Below are positions 37,301 through 51,400 of a stretch of DNA of 64,000 bases, piece by piece. The position numbers and the translations under genes are program-made. Position 1 is the stretch's first letter. Each line of letters opens with the position of its first letter. Under the pieces are notes generated by a model. It did no database searches and was not told the origin of the DNA. It saw only the letters and a program-made list of their open reading frames with translations. This DNA is from Schmidtea polychroa (Eukaryota). The stretch lies in NCBI GenBank assembly GCA_044892525.1, contig CM097885.1, positions 34,908,001-34,972,000 of the forward strand, written 5' to 3'.

Positions 37301-39869
37301 TGAATTTACTGGTTTGTTAGATGTTATCATTAGTTATCTAGTCTCTTTTGGAATTTAATGATAATTATTTTTATTGTAGATTGCTGACTTTGATAATTGT
37401 AATGAATTTATACTGATTTTTTGAATATATTGAGAAATCAGTCAATCAATTTGAGTACATGTATTACTTTTAAAAAAATACTTAAAATTAATTTTATTTC
37501 AATTAATTTATTTAATCTAAATCAATTATCTACTAGATCTTATCTTATTAATTTATTATCTTAGTTGATTCAACTTGAATGATCAATATTTTTTTTATTT
37601 ACTTGATGATTAGAATTTTTTCCTGTCCATTAATTAAATTTTTATGATATTATTTCGAATATTTTAAATTTTTACAATAATTTAATCAATTTTTACCTAG
37701 TTATTGATGCCTTGAGTTCAATTAATTTTCCATCTAATTTTTCAAGTGATGAGTATTTTTCTTTTAAAGATCAATTTGTTAGTACATAGTTGTTGGTTCT
37801 AGGTAGTTGGTTGTTAGTACTTGGTACTTGGTAGTTGGTATCTGATTGACTTTTTAGATTTTGATAAGAAGATATTGTATGTGATGAAGAATATTTTGTA
37901 TTTAATTGCTATTATTTTTATGTGTGGTTAGTTGATTGTTGGTACTTGGTATCTTGTTGTAAGTACTTGGTAGCGGGTATCTGGTTGTAAGTATCTAGTT
38001 GTAGGTTGATATTTGTTAATTTCTCGATGGGTTTTGATGGTGGTTGTTAGTACATGGTTGTAAGTGTTTAGTATTTAGTTGTTTGAAACCTAGTGGTTAG
38101 TACATGGTAGCTAATTAATGAGTAGGTGGGGATTGAGAGTGATCAATACCCCTACGACTAGTACCTTTACGACCAGTACCCTTACGACTAATACCCTTAC
38201 GACCAGTACCCTTACGGCCAGTACCCTTACGACCTGTACCCTTAGGGGGTCAAAACATCCTGTCGGATAAACTCAGAGTATATATAATAAAACTGATCAA
38301 CAATAAGTATTTATTGAATGCGATTTTTACATTGCAATAATAAGTCAGTAGTTATCATTTAAAAGAAGAATGTTTTGTAAATTAGAATCAAATTTTTTAC
38401 CCATAATTTACTTTTATTTAACTTTTAAGAACCATTATTTACTTTAATTTAAAAATTTGGACCATAATTTACTTTAATTCAATTTTTAGAACCATAATTT
38501 ACTTTAATTTAAATTTTTGGACCATAATTTACTGTAATTCAAAAATTTTGGCCATAATTTACTGTAATTCAAAAATTTGAGCCATAATTTACTGTAATTT
38601 AATTTTTAGAACCATAATTTACTTTAATTTAAAAATTTGGACCATTATTTACTGTAATTTAATTTTTTAGACCCATAATTTACTGTAATTCAAAAATTTG
38701 AGCCATAATTTACTGTAATTCAAAAATTTACCACGTTTTTTAGTGTAGACCACCTTTTCTCAGGACCAAGGAGACCCACCTTAATTTAATTCGAAAAATC
38801 CTTGGCTTTTTTAGTGTAGACCACCTATTTGTATTGAAAATATCCTGAGACCTTAAATTACCATGCTTTTTTAGTGTAGACCAGCTTTTTGTATTGAAAA
38901 ATTTTTTTTGTATTGAAAATCCCAGGACCAAGGAGACCCACCTGAATTGACCTAAAAAAATCCATGCTTTTTTAGTGGTAGTCGGATTTTTGTATTGAAA
39001 ATCCCAGGACCATCGAGACCCCCGCACTATAGTCTGAAAATTCTATGCTTTTTTAGTGGTAGTCGGATTTTTGTATTGAAAAAAATTTTTTGTATTGAAA
39101 ATCCCAGGACCATCGAGACCCCCTCACTATAGTGTGATAAAAAAAAATTTGGACTAAAATTCCCTGAAAGCAAAAAAAATGAGTTGGGAACAATTGCGTA
39201 ATAAAAATTCGGGAACAAACCCCCCCCCCGGGGGGGGTAATTGTTCCCGTAGGCCACTATCTACCTACTTATGAGTATTTTTGACATGCTGATAACAATT
39301 AAAAGGTATCGGTTAAGTTCAAACAAATTTCAATAGTTAACAGAATCGCAAACGAGAACCACAATGACTAAATAAATAAATTATTAAATACGTTGGGACC
39401 AGGGTGAAGGAATAACATATGACGGCAAATAATAATAAAATAGTTACACTGTCGATAAGTAATAAAATCAATGACCGGATTGAAATGGTGACCAAAATTA
39501 TTATTGTGAGAATACAAATGATAAAAATCAAAAATAAGAATTTTAAGTAAATTATTATTACAATAAAAATTATAACAATCAATAAGGCAATCAGCAAACA
39601 AAACCGCTACTGGTTTAGCAATGATCGAATCGAAATGGTAACTGAAAAAATTATTAGTATGATAATATAAATTATGACAATAATAAACTTCACGGTATAC
39701 ACTGTGTCAATTAACAAAATTCGATGTAATACACATTTACTAAATTATTCAGTAATTAATTAAAATCCAAAAATGAAAAAAAAATGATTTTGTTGTTGTT
39801 ACTGTTATTATTTTAATTAGTTGAGTAAATAAATAAATAAATAATTTTATCTTTAGTAAATAAGACTAA

Positions 39870-40340
39870 TTAATCGGTTGCGTTCTTTAGTCTACCAATA
39901 TCATAAATAGCTTCATTATCAACCATAAAAGCATGGTCTGAATCTTCCGGGGTTGTTAAGGTTGAATTATAAGGTTCAACAATGGCTGTAGCGATTGGTA
40001 GGGCAGAATGTATAGCAAATCCAAACTTTGACTTCTTTCTATAATCAACACTATCATTGTTAGCTATATATTTGTTAAAAATGAATCATTCATTATAATA
40101 AAATAATAATAATAAAATAATAATAAACAATATTAACAGTGATAATTAATAATAATAATAAATTTTATAATAATTATAATAATAATAAATACGATAATGG
40201 TAATTATTATAATTACCTTGAGATACTCCAGACTCGCTTGACGCGTTTAAATATGCGTTTATTTTCGATTCATACTCTTCGACTGATTTGTAGCTTCTCA
40301 TCTTTTCTTCGTTCGTCGACCATGGGAAAATTGTCGGCAT
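39870..40340 (-). CDS. Two-exon chimeric ORF (105 aa) or pseudogene containing an alpha-tubulin fragment
   Basis: Exon 39870-40063 translates [54 protein letters not shown] (alpha-tubulin: [48 protein letters not shown]). It is joined by a phase-1 GT..AG intron (40064-40216) to exon 40217-40340. Confidence 0.7.
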
Positions 40341-40870
40341 ATAATCAATGTGAAATCAGTTGGTAATGCAAATATGAAATTGAGAAAGGAATTATCGAAT
40401 TATAAATTGTAAAAGCCAACGAGAGATTCAGCCAATCGAAATGAAATTGGTAGAAAACTTTGAAATGACACCACAACAACCAAATTTGAACCAGTCTGTC
40501 TGCTGAATGAATATTGGAATTATCGAAAATTATAACCGAATAGGAAATTAATCAAAAGCTTTGCCGCTTTAAAGAACCGCAATCCCTGAATCTAGACAAT
40601 TATTATCTACTATTTTTCCAACGAATTTTCCGCGAGCAATTGTTCGATTATCTAAGTTAGACATAAATTAAAGATAAGGACTGTAGATTCCGCTCAAATT
40701 TCTTTGACAAAGATTGATGGTTGTTTCTTTCAGAGAAATAAATTCCATTTATATTAATCTTAATGAGCTTATTTCTCAAGATATTCAATTGATACAAACA
40801 GTCAGAATTGATAATAATTATTTTCATCTGAAATTTACACTTTTAAATTGAATAAAAATATATCAGCTGC

Positions 40871-40987
<117 letters not shown>

Positions 40988-41429
40988 TAATAAAAAAAAA
41001 TATAATGCCTTTCAAACGTTGAAAAAGATTATATATATATATATATATATATTTAAACGAAAATTTCATTTCATGTAATAAAGATAAATTTTTAATAAAA
41101 ATGAATGAAAAAAAACTTATTAGAAAAGAAATCTATATTTTATGAAAATCTCCAAGCTGGAAGATTTCAATAATAATAATAATAATAATTCCATTCCATT
41201 CGTCGAGTTTCTCTCACAACAAAGAAATAAATTGCTCTAAATAAAAAATCAATAATTTAATTTCAGCTGGCCTATAATTACTTTTATAATAATCAGTTTA
41301 ATAATGGTAATAATAATAGTAATGATAATGATGATAATAGTAATTATGATAATAATAATAATAATGGTAATAATAGTAATAATAATGGTAGTAATGATGG
41401 TAATAATGGTAATAATAATGATAGTGATA

Positions 41430-42526
41430 TAGGCAGCAAAACGTAAATTTCGAGGACGAAAAAAAATTTTTAAGGGGGAGATATGTTGAGGTCCGTAAAT
41501 TAAAATTAATTTAAATGAAATTTAGGTTAATAATTTAAATAAAATGTAAGTGAAGAAAAAAGACAAATAAAAGCGGGATCATGCACAGAATCGATAGTAA
41601 AGGAAAGTGTGATGGAAGTAGTATTAGAAAATGCCAAAAGCAATTAAGAAAGGCAAGAATCCGGAAATCCGAGAAAAATCAATAAATTAAAGAATTATCG
41701 AAATCGAATGGAGAAAACGAGACAGGTATAGAGTAGCTAATGGTCAACAAGATGATGGTTAGGGGTTTATCAGAAAATGGTTAGGAAGGGTCGAAAAGCA
41801 TTCAAATGTGTAAAACCAGAAAACGTTAATTAATTAATTAATTGGCTAATAGAAAACCCGAGCCAATGGAGAACCCGAGAGATGAAGGAAACCCGAGCTG
41901 GGTAAACAAGAAGAAAAGCAAACAGAAGGATGATTTGGACCCATTAGCTTGACACAATGATTAATTGGAAAAGAGCAAGGAGAAGATAGTGCGTGTAGGA
42001 AGGCCGGAAGGGCCAATTATTATCTTGGTTCGTTGGACCATTATGGGTGACAGCCGAAGCAAATACGTGGAAGCAAATGTCAAGTGAAAGATTGGCTCGG
42101 CAATAACCATTTGTCATCCCGATTTCGAGGAGTATATAAGGAAAGGGAAAATCAGAGAAAATCGGCATTTTGCCTCAGGTAGGGTAAGAAGAAACCGAGC
42201 TTATGAAAAGGCGAAAACGAATTTAGGAGATTAGGGAAAAAGAAGAGATAGAATAAGAATAAAAAGCGTGAAAAGGATCAAATCAAACAGAAAAGAGGAA
42301 AATGTTGGTCAAGAGAACCTAAGAGAATAAAAGGTGAATATTATCTTTTGTCAAAGCATCAACACCGAGCGGAGAATCGGTCAAACGTAACTTTGATTAT
42401 TAATTGTAAAGTGGTGAGAGAACATTGTGAATTTGTTATTTCAATATACGTTGGGTCGTTATTGTTTTTATTTAAAGGACACGAGAAGTCAGAGGGAACC
42501 GACTTAAATTAACGAAAAACCCAACA
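41430..42526 (+). mobile_element. Gypsy 3' LTR (41484-42526) with PPT and about 55 bp of internal remnant
   Basis: TTTCGAGGACGAAA..TTTTAAGGGGGAGATA then TGTTGAGG...CCCAACA. Shares AATTAATTGGCTAATRGAAAACCCGAGC and TTTTGCCTCAG blocks with the LTR at 45199. Confidence 0.8.
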
Positions 42527-43028
42527 AATTCTCATAATCATCATTTTTGTTTTTTTAGGAAAATTTTTCCCCATTAATACCCCAGGTGATATTATAATAA
42601 AAAACGCATTGTAATGAGTAATACAAATAATCTATATATATTAAATTTTCAAAATCATAAATTCCATTTTCCATTAAATGCCCCATCCAGGGTTATATAA
42701 TAATATGATCCAATATTATACTTATTAATATAGACTATATATGCTAAATTTCCGAGATCAAGTTCTATATTTCCATCTCAAATCCTAAGTTATATGTGGC
42801 TAGCAAACAACTCTATCGTTATTAGTGCCACTCATACCCACCTAAACCCCTCCTGATGGACTACAATGACATATATAACTCTATTATTGTTGTTAGTATG
42901 ATTGTTATGGTTCTGATAAGATGCATATGCTTTGGGTTTTCATCATTATTATAGTTGCTGTTATTATGAACCTTATTACTGTTAGTATTTATACTATTTT
43001 TATTATCATTATTAATACAATTTTTATG

Positions 43029-43117
<89 letters not shown>

Positions 43118-44649
43118 GTGATGATTTCTTGGTAGCAGCATTTATTATTTAAAAAAATAAAGTTATAATTTTATCCTTTTGCTACGAATAATGTATTTAA
43201 TGAAAAAACTTTCGACTATAGTCTTTGTCAATCTCCTGGAATTTAGCAATCTTCTTCTAGAACATATCTTTCTATCTTTCTTTTATTTCTTTTTTCTTAC
43301 TTCTCATGAAATAAATATAATATAATGATATACTTTCTTTTTCTGAATTTTTAAAAATTTTATTTAAAATTCAAAATGACACCAACTTCAATTTTAAAAT
43401 TTTTAAAGCTTCTATAATTAGCCAATAGGTTAGATTACGATGCAGCTGAACGGATCCGCCCCGTGGTGGTGGAACTCGCGGAAATCCACCCGCCCACTTC
43501 ATCCACAGGTTGGAACAAAAGAACAAAATTTTTCTAGCCCCTTGTTGTTATTTCAACTGTGATTTTGCGTTTCACTTCAAATTAAAATTTCTATTGTTTT
43601 GGTAGTAAACATTTTTAAAACAATTTTACCGCATTTTTATATCAAACAAAAATTTTCTGGACGCTTTTATATTTTACTAAAAAAGAAAATTCGGAAAAAA
43701 GCATTTTTTTCTGGACGAAAAACACCTAATTTTTTTTTGCGAGCCCTTTGTTGTTTTTTCACAGCTCACCACTGCCAGTAACCCAACAATTTAAAATAAT
43801 TTTTGAGTCCTCACTAGAAGTTTGTTAAATTTACCAAAAGACCAAAGTTTTTATTTATCTTATGTACCAGAAGTCAACCAATCAAAATTATTGCCTTCTG
43901 GGGTTTCCAAAACGTATATATTAACTAAATCGAAGCTTAAACAGGAATTATGGAATTCCAAAATAAAATCAATATTCAATCAAAGTTCGAACTGGAAATA
44001 TGGAATTTCAGTATTATCAATCCAAAATAATTATAATGTCAAAATCAAATTAAACAAAAATACAAACACAAATATATTTGATAAATCAAAACCAAATAAA
44101 AATGCAATAACAATGCCATAATATAACGCGACACCAAAATTTTCATAAAGACTTTTAGAAAAAAAATACTCATAAAAAAATTAAAATTAAGGGAAATTCA
44201 ATCAGATTAGCGTTTGGTTAGGTAATTAAAAGTAATACATAGGTTATATTCATGACATTAAATTAAGTCGATTATTTAATAAAAATAAAATGTTAAAAAA
44301 TGTCGCGTTATATTCGTGTTAATACGGTAGATTGCTTAATTTCTCAAATAAATTTCTTATTGTAATTTGCACTGATTAAATCTATCAGAAATATTTTTAA
44401 AAAATATTAAAGCTATCCAGTACTGTCAATATTATCCTACCTCTGAATTTGAGATACCGAGTCAACAGTTTCTATGATTGTGGATTTCCTCCTTCTTGTT
44501 AATGAAATTATTCACTCTTTTATTCTCGTTTCAGTCTTGACACTGAGGATATTTATTGATTCACTCGTAATGAAAATATTATGTTATTCCTTCATCAATT
44601 ATTCTTTTTGTGGAATTAATTTGATTTTAAACAATGAAATATCAGCCTT

Positions 44650-45990
44650 TTTTCTTTAATTTTTCTTGAACTGGTGAAAACCACGTTGAAATCCATACAA
44701 ATAATGAAAAGGCCTAAATACACTCCAACGAATTTGTGGAAGAGGTAAAAAACGAAGGTATTATGAATGAAGTTAAAAAAAGAGACAGTTAAACATGCAC
44801 AAGACAATTTGCGTACGAAAATTTAAAAACAAAGAGTTTAATTTTGAAACTCCGTGATCTGAAAGAATCTTTATTAAAAACAAATTATAATCTCATGCAG
44901 CTGATGAAAGCAAAAGAATGCCTGGGGGAAGGTCAAAACCGAATGAGAATATTACAAAAAATCTAGAGAAAAAAAAGAAAAAAATAAGTTAAACTAAAAG
45001 AAAATATAAAAGATCTGTCAGATTCAAACCCACAACTGAAAGAATTTGCAAGAGATAAAACTGGTCTTCCATCATTGGTAGAAACCCAATCGGATTTACA
45101 CAATATCATAATCGCTCTTGTAAGTCATGGTGCTGAAGCTGACAGGAAGCGACATGCTGTAATTCCCAATGCATGTTACACATTGGATGACATAGTATTG
45201 TTGAGGTTAAATTTAAATTAAAAAAATTGTCTAACGAAAATTAGGACGAAAACTTAATCGGAAAAGCGTACAATCAGATGCGAAATGCAAAAATACACTA
45301 AGCCCAGAAATTGGAATAAATTGAAAAGTTATCAAAATTGAATCCGAAAAATGGGATATGGGTAGATTTTGAAATGACAAAGAAGATAGCGAGCAAGAAA
45401 TTATCTGAAAATGTTTAGAAAGGGTCAAAAACATGCAAAAAAGTTAAAAAAGAAATCATTAATTAATTAATTGGCTAATGGAAAACCCGAGCAAAGAAGA
45501 AAACCCGAGAGCGACAAATAGGAAGAGTAAATAAACAAGAAATTAGAAAACCATTGTCGAAACAGCCTAAAAATTGGGTAAATAAAAGTAATGAAAAAGT
45601 TCAACAGAAAAAATTAATCATAGTGTCTAGGGAACGACTTCTGAGGACGCTGCTTGTCAAGGGAAGCCGGTTGAGCCGAGAACAATGCGATTAAAACGAT
45701 TATAAAGAAACCCCAAATTCAAATAATTAGCGTTTTGCCTCAGTTAGGGAAAATAAAACGAAATTAGGTTAAATGTAGCATATTTAGAAGAAATAAGAAA
45801 ACAACGCTATTATTCAACGATCAATCAAAAAGACGAGAGAAAATGAGTATGGAAATTTAGAAGGGGCTGAATCAAGAGGAATATTGATTTGTTTGAACAC
45901 TAGGAATCAGACACCGACGATTATTTTCTGATTTAATTAAACCCAACAGTATTTGAACTTTAAAAAATGGATTATAAATTTATCACGGGG
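44650..45990 (+). pseudogene. Decayed DNA-transposon ORF (Zator-like by recollection), interrupted by a solo LTR
   Basis: Reads KEFARDKTGLPSLVETQSDLHNIIIALVSHGAEADRKRHAVIPNACYTLDDI, then after the LTR VFEL*KMDY. It resembles the GRPRLExDQP..AxxRRR..TLDDL segment of that transposase family. Confidence 0.45.
45199..45948 (+). mobile_element. Solo LTR (750 bp)
   Basis: TGTTGAGG...CCCAACA with 4-bp TSD GTAT on both sides. Confidence 0.85.
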
Positions 45991-48202
45991 CTTCTTAAAC
46001 TATGGGGTCGGTTAGCGAAATATTGGGGTTACGAGATTTTAGTGTAAAATATTTAAATACATGAATTTATGAAATCTAGATGTGTATTTGTGACATAATT
46101 ACGCCCACAATTACGCATACAAATAAAGGTTTAAATGTGTGGACATACTAACACGGGGCTGTGAATTTGGCTTGTGAAAGTTTGAAAACGGTACGCCTTG
46201 TGTCACTTCAGGTGCTGTGAAACAACGATTCAACAATACTGATTGCAGTGTGAACTAGTGTAGTGTTATTGTTTTTCCAGTGTAATTTATATGGTATTCC
46301 AGGTCATTGTGTAATACACACACTGCCACTAAGTGGTCAGTCACATGCCCATTATGTAATATGCATATTGTTGCTAACTGGCCTCACGCGTGATCATTTA
46401 CACAGTAATCATACTGTTGCTAACTGACCACCACGCGTACTTATTACGTCATACACAAACAAGTTCCTAACTGTCCGACGTACTGATAACTTAATATACT
46501 GACCATGGTTTCTGTGTCGTCATAATTATTGGTCATTGGTTACTAATTGACTCCATGTACTGATGATCTAACCTAACTGCACATCGATTACTCTATGAGG
46601 ATCCAGTACTATTGACTACTAATACAACTGAGGATCCAGTACGACCAATGCTATAACACAATACCACGGCCACGACCGCGACTACGACAGTATGATATCT
46701 ATGTATTATAAATGGATCATTTCCTTTGTTTTATTACTTTCATATCATTTGCATACTTTTATTAAAAATGGTCAATAGATGAAATTTTTCTATTGTTATT
46801 TGAAGGATACAACAAAAAATAATTAATGAAAATAATAATACTAATAAAATAAATCCCCAAATGGTCTGAATAATAATATCAATTATTATTTAACGCTTGT
46901 TTTCTGCATTTTATATCAGTAGTTTAGAAAATATCATGAACCTTTAAGTAAAAATCATTTACCGATTTTTTTGAAAATTGCTGATTCGATCTGTATTAAA
47001 AATAACTGTTAAAAATTATTTTTTGTCAAAAATTAAAAAGTCGCTCATACTTGGATTTGAACCTTATACCTAATGTCAAAACCAAAAATCAAAAAGTATA
47101 TTCACCACTTCGCCACCAGTCCATTAAAATAATAATAATAATAATAAAAATAGGTAAATTAAAGGTCTAAAATTTCAATCAAAGTAAATTATGGACTCAA
47201 ATTTAAAATTCAAGTAAATTATGGATCTAAAATTGAATTAAAGTAAATTAAGGGCTAAATTTTTAAAATTAAGTAATATTTTTATATTAAGTAAATTAAA
47301 GTTAAACATTTTAAATTAAAGTAATATAAAAGTAATATTAAAGTAAGAATTTTAAATTTATTATCAAAATGTTTGAATAATAATCGGCTTTTGAGAAATC
47401 AAATTTAAATGAAATTTTATTATTATTTGAGGAATCAAGTAGAAAACTTTTAGTTGATGCTTCAAAATAATATGATGCGAAATTCCAGATCAAGCATATC
47501 AGAACAAATGTTCCTTTCGAACAATAAACAATATGTAATATAATTAAATACTTTGTTAATTATATTACATAAGTATAATAATCTGTAAATATTTAAAAGA
47601 TGTAATAAGTTTTTATAATAATTATACAAAATTTGAGGCCGCGTCTTCAGGCCCTATGCTTCAGCCTTGTCAACCTAAGAGTGAATCCAGGCCTAGGTAT
47701 ATTAGACAAGTGACATTTTCCACTACTTTGCGACCCAAATTAAACAAAAGAATTAAATAAAAACCTTGATATAAATAAAAAAAATTATGGAGAAAATTAT
47801 TCTAAAAAAGTACAGCATCAATTTATTACTCAAAATAATAAATAATGCAAACTAAATGACTAATAGCACGAAAACAAATCAAAATAAATAAATTAAATTT
47901 AAGTTAGAATCACAAATACCTAAAAAAATTAATCAGTTTCTATGAAAGCCCGAAAACTTTATCATTTGTTCTATAATCTTATGCAACATAACCTGTAAAT
48001 AAATACACAGTAAATATTTTCCAAAAATTTCATAGTCATTGAATTTTCTATGAAATCCACAAATACAATCATCCAAAAATAATTTGCAACACGTTCTAAA
48101 ATGCTTCTGAAATTCGGGAATACATAATGATAGATAATAAAAATAATATCCTCTAATTGTTTATCCAATAAAAATATAAGATCAAGTGCAATAATGATGA
48201 TG

Positions 48203-48288
<86 letters not shown>

Positions 48289-48335
48289 TAAATAATAATA
48301 ATAAATAATAATAATAATAATAATAAATAAAAATA

Positions 48336-48408
<73 letters not shown>

Positions 48409-48442
48409 TCAATTTCGATAGATAAAGATATCCGTCAGAAAT

Positions 48443-51400
48443 TCATTGGGAATCATTAATAAAATCTGAATCACCGGGTGTTTGATAATTATTAATTATT
48501 TGAGATTCTCTCACGTTTGTACCGGAGCCACCCTGAACTAAACGTAAGACTTCGATAATATTTTGTTCATTGCCTGTTATTGTTAGTAACTGACGCTCCG
48601 TGTTAATTTCGTCATTTCTATTATTCATCGGCCTTATATGAATTTTCACACGATATTTCGCTTCAATGTCCGTGACATTCTTTTGGGATAATGGGCAGTT
48701 TATTATTTGATAATTACAAACCGACAAAAAGGACGGGCTTGTCATTGGGGTTATTTGGAGAGGCATAGGCAAAGGAGAAAAATGTGAAACTATTGAGGAT
48801 TGTGGATTTACTGGAGAAATGAAGAAAAACTAATTAATATAGATTTGATTTAATAGATTACTTGTTCTGTAATTTGGAGCTTGAATCTGACAGAAATTAA
48901 TATTTTTTGACATCTCATTTACTGAAGGCATAAAAAAGACATTATTAATATTTGGTTGTCTGAAACATGGATAATTAACTGCGAATTTATTCTGTAAGAA
49001 AATAAGCATTTCGATAAAACAATTGATAAAAAATATTTTATTACGAGTTTGTTTGTTTCACTCAGTTTGTTGTTCGGCATCCAATAATTGGAATTTGCAT
49101 TTAAATAATTGGCCTGTGATGAATATGATTTCCCCAATAGACCATATTTATCCAAAACCATTAAAGCTGACATTATTTCATCACTTGTATAATCAGAATA
49201 TCCCAATTTTTTTAACATTATCCGCATACCATTTTCTTCAATGTTCCGAGTAAATTCTGAACAATCTGTAAATTAAATCTGTGTAAATGTTAAGCGGACA
49301 AGGATACAAATTTCTAAATTTTAAAAAGTCTCTGTTTTGAACAGGAGCAGAAAAAGATTGTCTGTTACCTACATTTTTCTGACCCAAGGAAATATTTTCG
49401 ATGACGATGAATTATAATCGAATTTGTTACATAAATTTTCAAATTTAAATTTTCTGAAAGTACAATTGGATAACTATACGTAATACAATGATTTCAACGT
49501 CAACTTTCATAAAATTTACATTTCCCTCGTGACTTTATTAATAGTAGGTGTTCATTTACACAAAAGGGAATTTATTTTTATATTGTTGGGATATTGAGAT
49601 GTTTGTCGATGGGACTATATATGGATCTGATCAAAGAAATAGAAATCAGATCCCAACGAAATTTTTTTTTCAAAATGTACAAACTTTTTAAAATTACAAT
49701 AGCTGGGTAAATGTCCAATGGGTATCACGTTTTTCTGAATCGCTCCCGTTTGCCTTCTTTAATTAATTCTGCTACTTTTAAGTTACTTCGCTTTATTTAA
49801 TTCTGCTACGTTATTATACTTTTTCCATCTTCGACCAACTGACGCTCCCGTCTGCTGCTCTCCACTTTTATAGTGATTTTCGCCCATCAATTATGTGTTC
49901 TGAGAAACAGAATATGATGTACACTCTCTCGCATGTGGATTGCCAATGAAAATAAGACATTTTGAGCCGGGTGAACAATTTATTGACCATTAACCTAACT
50001 CCCGACAACCCATTATATCTGAAACTCGACTGGATAGCTATTGATTAATGGGCTCGCCTTAACATCATTAGATTAATTATATTTTTTGGAGTTTCGGTCG
50101 TTCTGTAGACCTCTGATCAATTTAAGATCATTTTATTTGTCTTCAAAATCTCATTTACCACCGGTTATCTCTTATACCTCCAGAAAATGTTGATTTTTAA
50201 ATTTTCCAAATTTTTAATTAATTTTTGATAATTTTACATTTTTATTTCCTATCTTTTGTATAATCGAAATAATAACCGCAATAATAATTGTCACAACTTA
50301 TGTAATCATTATAGTGAGGAGTAAAATTTCAAAACACAGGCTTTTAATCGAAAATATTTTAAAATTTAAATTTTTATTTCATATAAAAGGAATTTAATAA
50401 AAAAGAAATGTTCAGAATTTAAATAAACTACAGTTTTAAATGATGTATGAAATTGTTGAGTGTGAAATTTAAAAATTTCTGTTAAAATTATCCATATCGG
50501 AATTATTATTTGTCTCGAAAATATTTGTTTGGTTAATAATACAATTTAAATATAATAGAAAATTATTACTGAAGACTTAAATCAGTGACGGCGGACCGAT
50601 GACCCATGGGTCAGACACTGACCTACGCAAAGAATTCGAGTGATCCACAAGTTGATTTTTTATTTTAATTATAAAATAATAATATTAACGAATATGTTTA
50701 ATTAGTGTATAATAAATAAAATCATATTATATTAACATGAATTTTTGTTAAATTTTTAATACCTAAAATAATACTTGACCCGTAGGTTGATTTGTTCAAA
50801 AAATAAATTCAATTGTGACTCCCTTGTCAAAGAGGTTGGCCATCGTTGACCTAAGTATTATAGCTTCAGTAATGATATTACATTGGAGGCCAATGACCAA
50901 ATGTGAAGCAGTTCAGAGTATATTGCGTAATTCAATACAATGTGTTAGTCAGTGGCGTACCAAGGATTTCTGGGGCCCTTATGCAGATTTTGGGACGCAC
51001 AAAATATTTGTCGAACGAAGTGATCCGAGGAACCAAACCATAGGCAGGCTTGGGGGAAGGTGATTAGCAACTCTCTGAGTAAATTTGCGCATTTTAAAAC
51101 AGAAATAGTAGCGTTATACAATTATTGTAAATTAATATACAATAAGCAATATGATTTTTATCCTTTTTACCGCATAGTAAATATCAACAAAACTCTATGA
51201 CCTCTGCCATGATGTCGGTATACCGCCATTTTGAATCGAGTAGGCAAGTAAATTGGATTTGACGTTTTATTAATAAACAAGTCCTCATCACATAAAAAAA
51301 ACCAACGTCAAGTAAAGCAAATAATTTAATAGATGAATGGGTGTGACATATGTGGTTTACAACTATATCCAATATAGATTCCTAATAATATTAAATGTAT

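Larger units (their letters stand above)
29157..39269. mobile_element. Non-autonomous Polinton/Maverick-like giant palindromic element (10,113 bp)
   Basis: Termini AGTAGGTAGATAGTGG / CCACTATCTACCTACT; perfect 6-bp TSD TATGAG (29151-29156 / 39270-39275). Arms 29157-34110 and 35188-39269 are near-identical inverted copies. No credible ORF. Confidence 0.85.

Noticed and set aside
40380..40830. Tetraspanin-like FGCCG motif on the minus strand
   Set aside because: The frame is closed by several stops and there are no TM helices or usable splice structure.
49584..50295. Possible minus-strand solo LTR (TGTTGGG start)
   Set aside because: Could not define the second end or a TSD.
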